DNA of 64,000 bases from the NCBI RefSeq assembly GCF_009914755.1, contig NC_060925.1; one strand, written 5' to 3'. The translations under genes and the position numbers were made by a program. Shown one piece after another: positions 59,074-64,000 of the stretch. Position 1 is the first letter of the stretch; each line of letters starts with the position of its first letter. This DNA is from the human T2T-CHM13v2.0 reference genome, Homo sapiens. The notes under the pieces were generated by a model that saw only the letters and a program-made list of their open reading frames with translations, was not told the DNA's origin and made no database searches.

Positions 59074-60005
59074 AAGAGTTTAAAGCTTCCATCATGGCCA
59101 AGCTGGCCCCTACATTTTGCCAAACACCAAAGAATCTGTCTGTCCCTGAGGTGGATTTTTGAGCTGCCAGTCCTTGGAGTCCCCACCTGCTGTGCTGTCA
59201 GCCCACACCCTTAAAAGGAAAAACTGTGTTGGGCGGGAGGCATCAGAGGGACGGTCAGAAAGGAAGCCGACGGCTGCAGGATTCACTATTCGACACTAGG
59301 GGGCACAATAAGCTCGGGAACACTTTAGGGCCACACCCAGAAATCTCGTTTCCTGGTGCCCGAGTCTCCCCAGATAGGGCAGATCCAAGCAAGAAGAGAA
59401 CGTTTAAGGACTGCCCAGCAAATCCTTTGTGGGAACAAATGATGGGAGAAAATGCAGAAATGCAGGGGGCAGTGGAGGGCACACCTTGCCTTCGGCTTCA
59501 GCCTGGTCCGGGGCTTGGAGAGCCCTCTCTGGCTTTCAGACTTTGACCTCCTCATCAACCCCGGGGAGAAGGGGTGGGGTCGGGAAGCGTGAGGAAAAGG
59601 AGATAGTGAAGACAAGCCAGAAGAAAGAAAGCATTTCTTTTCATCACTTTTCCCATTCATTTCAACTTCTACATCTAGCTCACTCAGCACTCAGCATCTT
59701 AATAAGTCCCAGTCCAGTGGGCCACAGCTAGAAGGAGCCTTATGGAGTCCCAGATGTTTAGTTGGAGCCTAGGACTCAGAGAAGAGGATTGAGCAAGATC
59801 TCCCAGGTAGCTAATACTTCCATGTACATCAGATCGCTTGGATACTGACAACCACCTGGTCTTGTAGACAGGAGCTATTATCTCATTTAACAAATGAGGA
59901 AACAAGTTCAGGTAAGTGCCCATAGCTCTCCTCCTAGCTACTAAGCCTTCATTGCCACCCACTATTCCCGCTTCTCTTGCTTTCCCTTGTTTTAAAATCA
60001 GTCCA

Positions 60006-60376
<371 letters not shown>

Positions 60377-60429
60377 TCAAAATTGAAAATATTTGTTGCA
60401 TTCCCCATCTTCCTAACCCACTTAGCATG

Positions 60430-60670
60430 ATGGAGAGATGATAGAGCATAGTAATTTTGAGAGTGCACTTTGGAATCAGATCTAAGTAAATATTCTGTGT
60501 TCATCACTTATGAATTCCATGACTTTGGACCTCTTTGTGCCTCAATTTCCTCACCTGCAAAAGGGGACTGTTAATATCTATCTCGTGGAATTCTTTTAAG
60601 GGTGAAATGAGATGTCATATAAAAAATTGCATAATGCTTAGCACATAATTTGATAGCTTGATTAATGTAT
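60430..60670 (+). mobile_element. MIR
   Basis: ctttggaatcaga...tgtgcctcaatttcctcacctgcaaaa. Confidence 0.7.
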
Positions 60671-60796
60671 CTAGCATATATCATTATATTAAATCATAGG
60701 CTGAAATGATCTTTAGGAATTATTCCACTACTTTCATGCCTTTTATCAATGAACTTAAATGGAGTTAAGTGAGAAGGTTACTTTGCCAAGTAGGTT

Positions 60797-61538
<742 letters not shown>

Positions 61539-62218
61539 GTTGATGACAGAATAAGAACTAGACTCCAGATTTTTTAACCTCTAGCCTAGACCTCTTTTAC
61601 TCCATTGCTGCCTCCCCAAACCAGCAATAAACATTTATGGAAATTTACTTATTTGGAAAAAAATTGACACAATCTATAATTTTTAAGCACTTTAAGTTGT
61701 TGCCTGACACAATAGGCATTTAATAAATATTTTACTGTCCAGTTGATAAAATGATAGACATTAAAATGTTATATTTTGTTATACAAATCTAAGATATTGT
61801 TATGAACCATTTTTTACCTCTGCGTACACCTATGCACCAGACTCTAAATTTATTTACAAGGTTTATGTATTGAAGAATCACAAACCTCCATAACTCTCTC
61901 ACTGCTACAATCTGAAAGATACACGAGGTTCACAAGCCCTGCCTGTTCCCTACTTCTAGGGGTGAAAAATTAAAAGGAAAGCAATCTGAACACCCTCAAG
62001 ACTCTGAATCCTACAAGGCAGGGATGTTCTCATTTTTGCTGAGTCCTTCTACACTCATTTAGGAATACGCAGAAGGGAAGCCAGGAAATCAGGGGAGTTG
62101 CCCATTGCTCTAAAGGAAGTAGGTCACAGAGCACTGCTCCCACCCAGTCAGCCAGGGAAAAGAATGGGTGGTGGTGGGTTAACAGCTACAAAGGGAATGA
62201 GGGAAAGAAAGGAGGACC

Positions 62219-62544
<326 letters not shown>

Positions 62545-63039
62545 TCACTAGAACAACTCTTAGAGTGACTCAGAAGCCAGCAGAAAATAGCTTGTTCTCC
62601 CACATCTGCTTCATTGTCAGGCGATGAGGCACTTCCTCATTGCATACACATAGGCAGAGCGAAAGGGAGGAGGAGGAAATGGGATTTTTCAAGTTCCTTT
62701 GCCTGCTCCAGCACCTAACACTCTGTATTTGTAATCATTTCAGACATTTTGTTTCAAGTCAATATTTATTGAGTACCTACTCTGTGCCTGGCCCCTCATT
62801 TTAGCTTTCAGATTGTCAGTTTTCAGAACACAAGGCATAATGCCTTTCTGAAGTTCAGTATACCCTGCATCATTACTCCAGATTCACTTACACTGCTATC
62901 GAGCACCTTCACTCATAGTCTTGCTATCCTTCATATACAGAGATGACCCTCCCAAGCCTAAAATCAACAGGGGGAGGCATAGAGCTGTCCTTCTGGCTCT
63001 AATGTTTGCTTTACCATCATCCACGCCCATTCTTAGTCC

Positions 63040-63300
63040 AGCATGTGAGAGCCAGTGTGAAGTGAGCAGAATATGGCATAAGTATGGAGTCATACATCCT
63101 TACTGGAAATTCTTTACCATTTACTAGCTCTATGACTTTATTTGACTTCTCTGAATCTCTATCTTCTCATCTGTAAATTGGACACAATGATGTCTATCCT
63201 ACACTGTAGGATAGATTTCTCATACAGCACTGAAAATGACATCAAATACCATTAAATGAAAGTACATGGCACAGTGATAACATGATAAATACTTGTTTAC
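63040..63300 (+). mobile_element. MIR
   Basis: tttactagctctatgac...ttctcatctgtaaattgg. Confidence 0.7.
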
Positions 63301-64000
63301 TTCTTTCAGACTATAATCGCACAAACTGATCACATCCCTCAGTCAGACTGTAAACTGCATGAGGCAGGCTGCATCTGCCTTGGGGACTGTCTGCCTAGGC
63401 AAGCACTAGGTCCCTAATGCTGTCTTGCGAATTATAATTGCTAAGTTTAGGGATAATGTATTAAGTGTACTACATTATTTATGCATTATGAATATTCGTC
63501 TCAAATATTTATTATATTGTATTTTAAATAATGTGGTTATTGTAAATGTAACCAGCTGCATCAATCTGTGAGCTGACAGCCATTCTGTGGAAAAGGAATT
63601 CAGAAACTTTGACCTTAGGTAGGGATACAACTAGTTATACATCCACTCCCCTCTCTGAGTTATTTGGTCCTGCCTAAGACTTGCTGCCACCAAGATCTGC
63701 ATTCCTGTGTTCACAAGGCAGACATTCCTTGCATCCTCTGTACTCTCCATTGTTTCAACTTCACTGCAAACACCATTCCCCACAATATAATGAGGCCAAG
63801 GAAAGAAAAAAGTCGCCTCAGCTGGCAAGCATAGGGTGGAAAAACCTGCCACACAAATTTGCAATTATTTGACTTCCGCCTGGAAGGCAGGTCGGCTGGG
63901 TTTATGTCCCCCAAAGTTAGTATCCTCTTCTGTACAAAATGTGGTTGAGAGAAGGGTGATCTCCAGGTGTTTCATCTTTGCACCCTTGCTTCCAGCACCA

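Overview
Primate, almost certainly human, non-coding DNA that is dense in repeats. No intact protein-coding gene is supported: the listed ORFs are pieces of Alu, L1, L2, LTR or simple repeats. Two host-gene retrocopies are recognisable: a processed thioredoxin (TXN) pseudogene at about 31473-32013 and a U13 (SNORD13) snoRNA retrocopy at 39282-39385. The rest is about 30 Alus (many nested or tandem, with readable target-site duplications, TSDs), a 5'-truncated young L1PA, older L1/L2/CR1/MIR fragments, MaLR/ERV LTRs, DNA transposons (MER53, Tigger2a, MER94) and microsatellites. From memory only, the TXN-pseudogene plus U13 pair resembles human 1p13 upstream of CTTNBP2NL (TXNP3); this is unverified. 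I found no convincing new multi-gene system. The best leads are: a 41-nt hairpin-forming LTR-derived mini-retrocopy; a TXN-pseudogene frame interrupted only by a TGA just before CGPC; a 5-nt insert at a TXN exon junction; a hairpin minisatellite beside a CpG-rich CTCF-like element; a 241-nt pure-purine GGAA tract; and candidate promoter/first-exon signals. Repeat subfamily names come from remembered consensus sequences, and boundaries are approximate unless a TSD is quoted.
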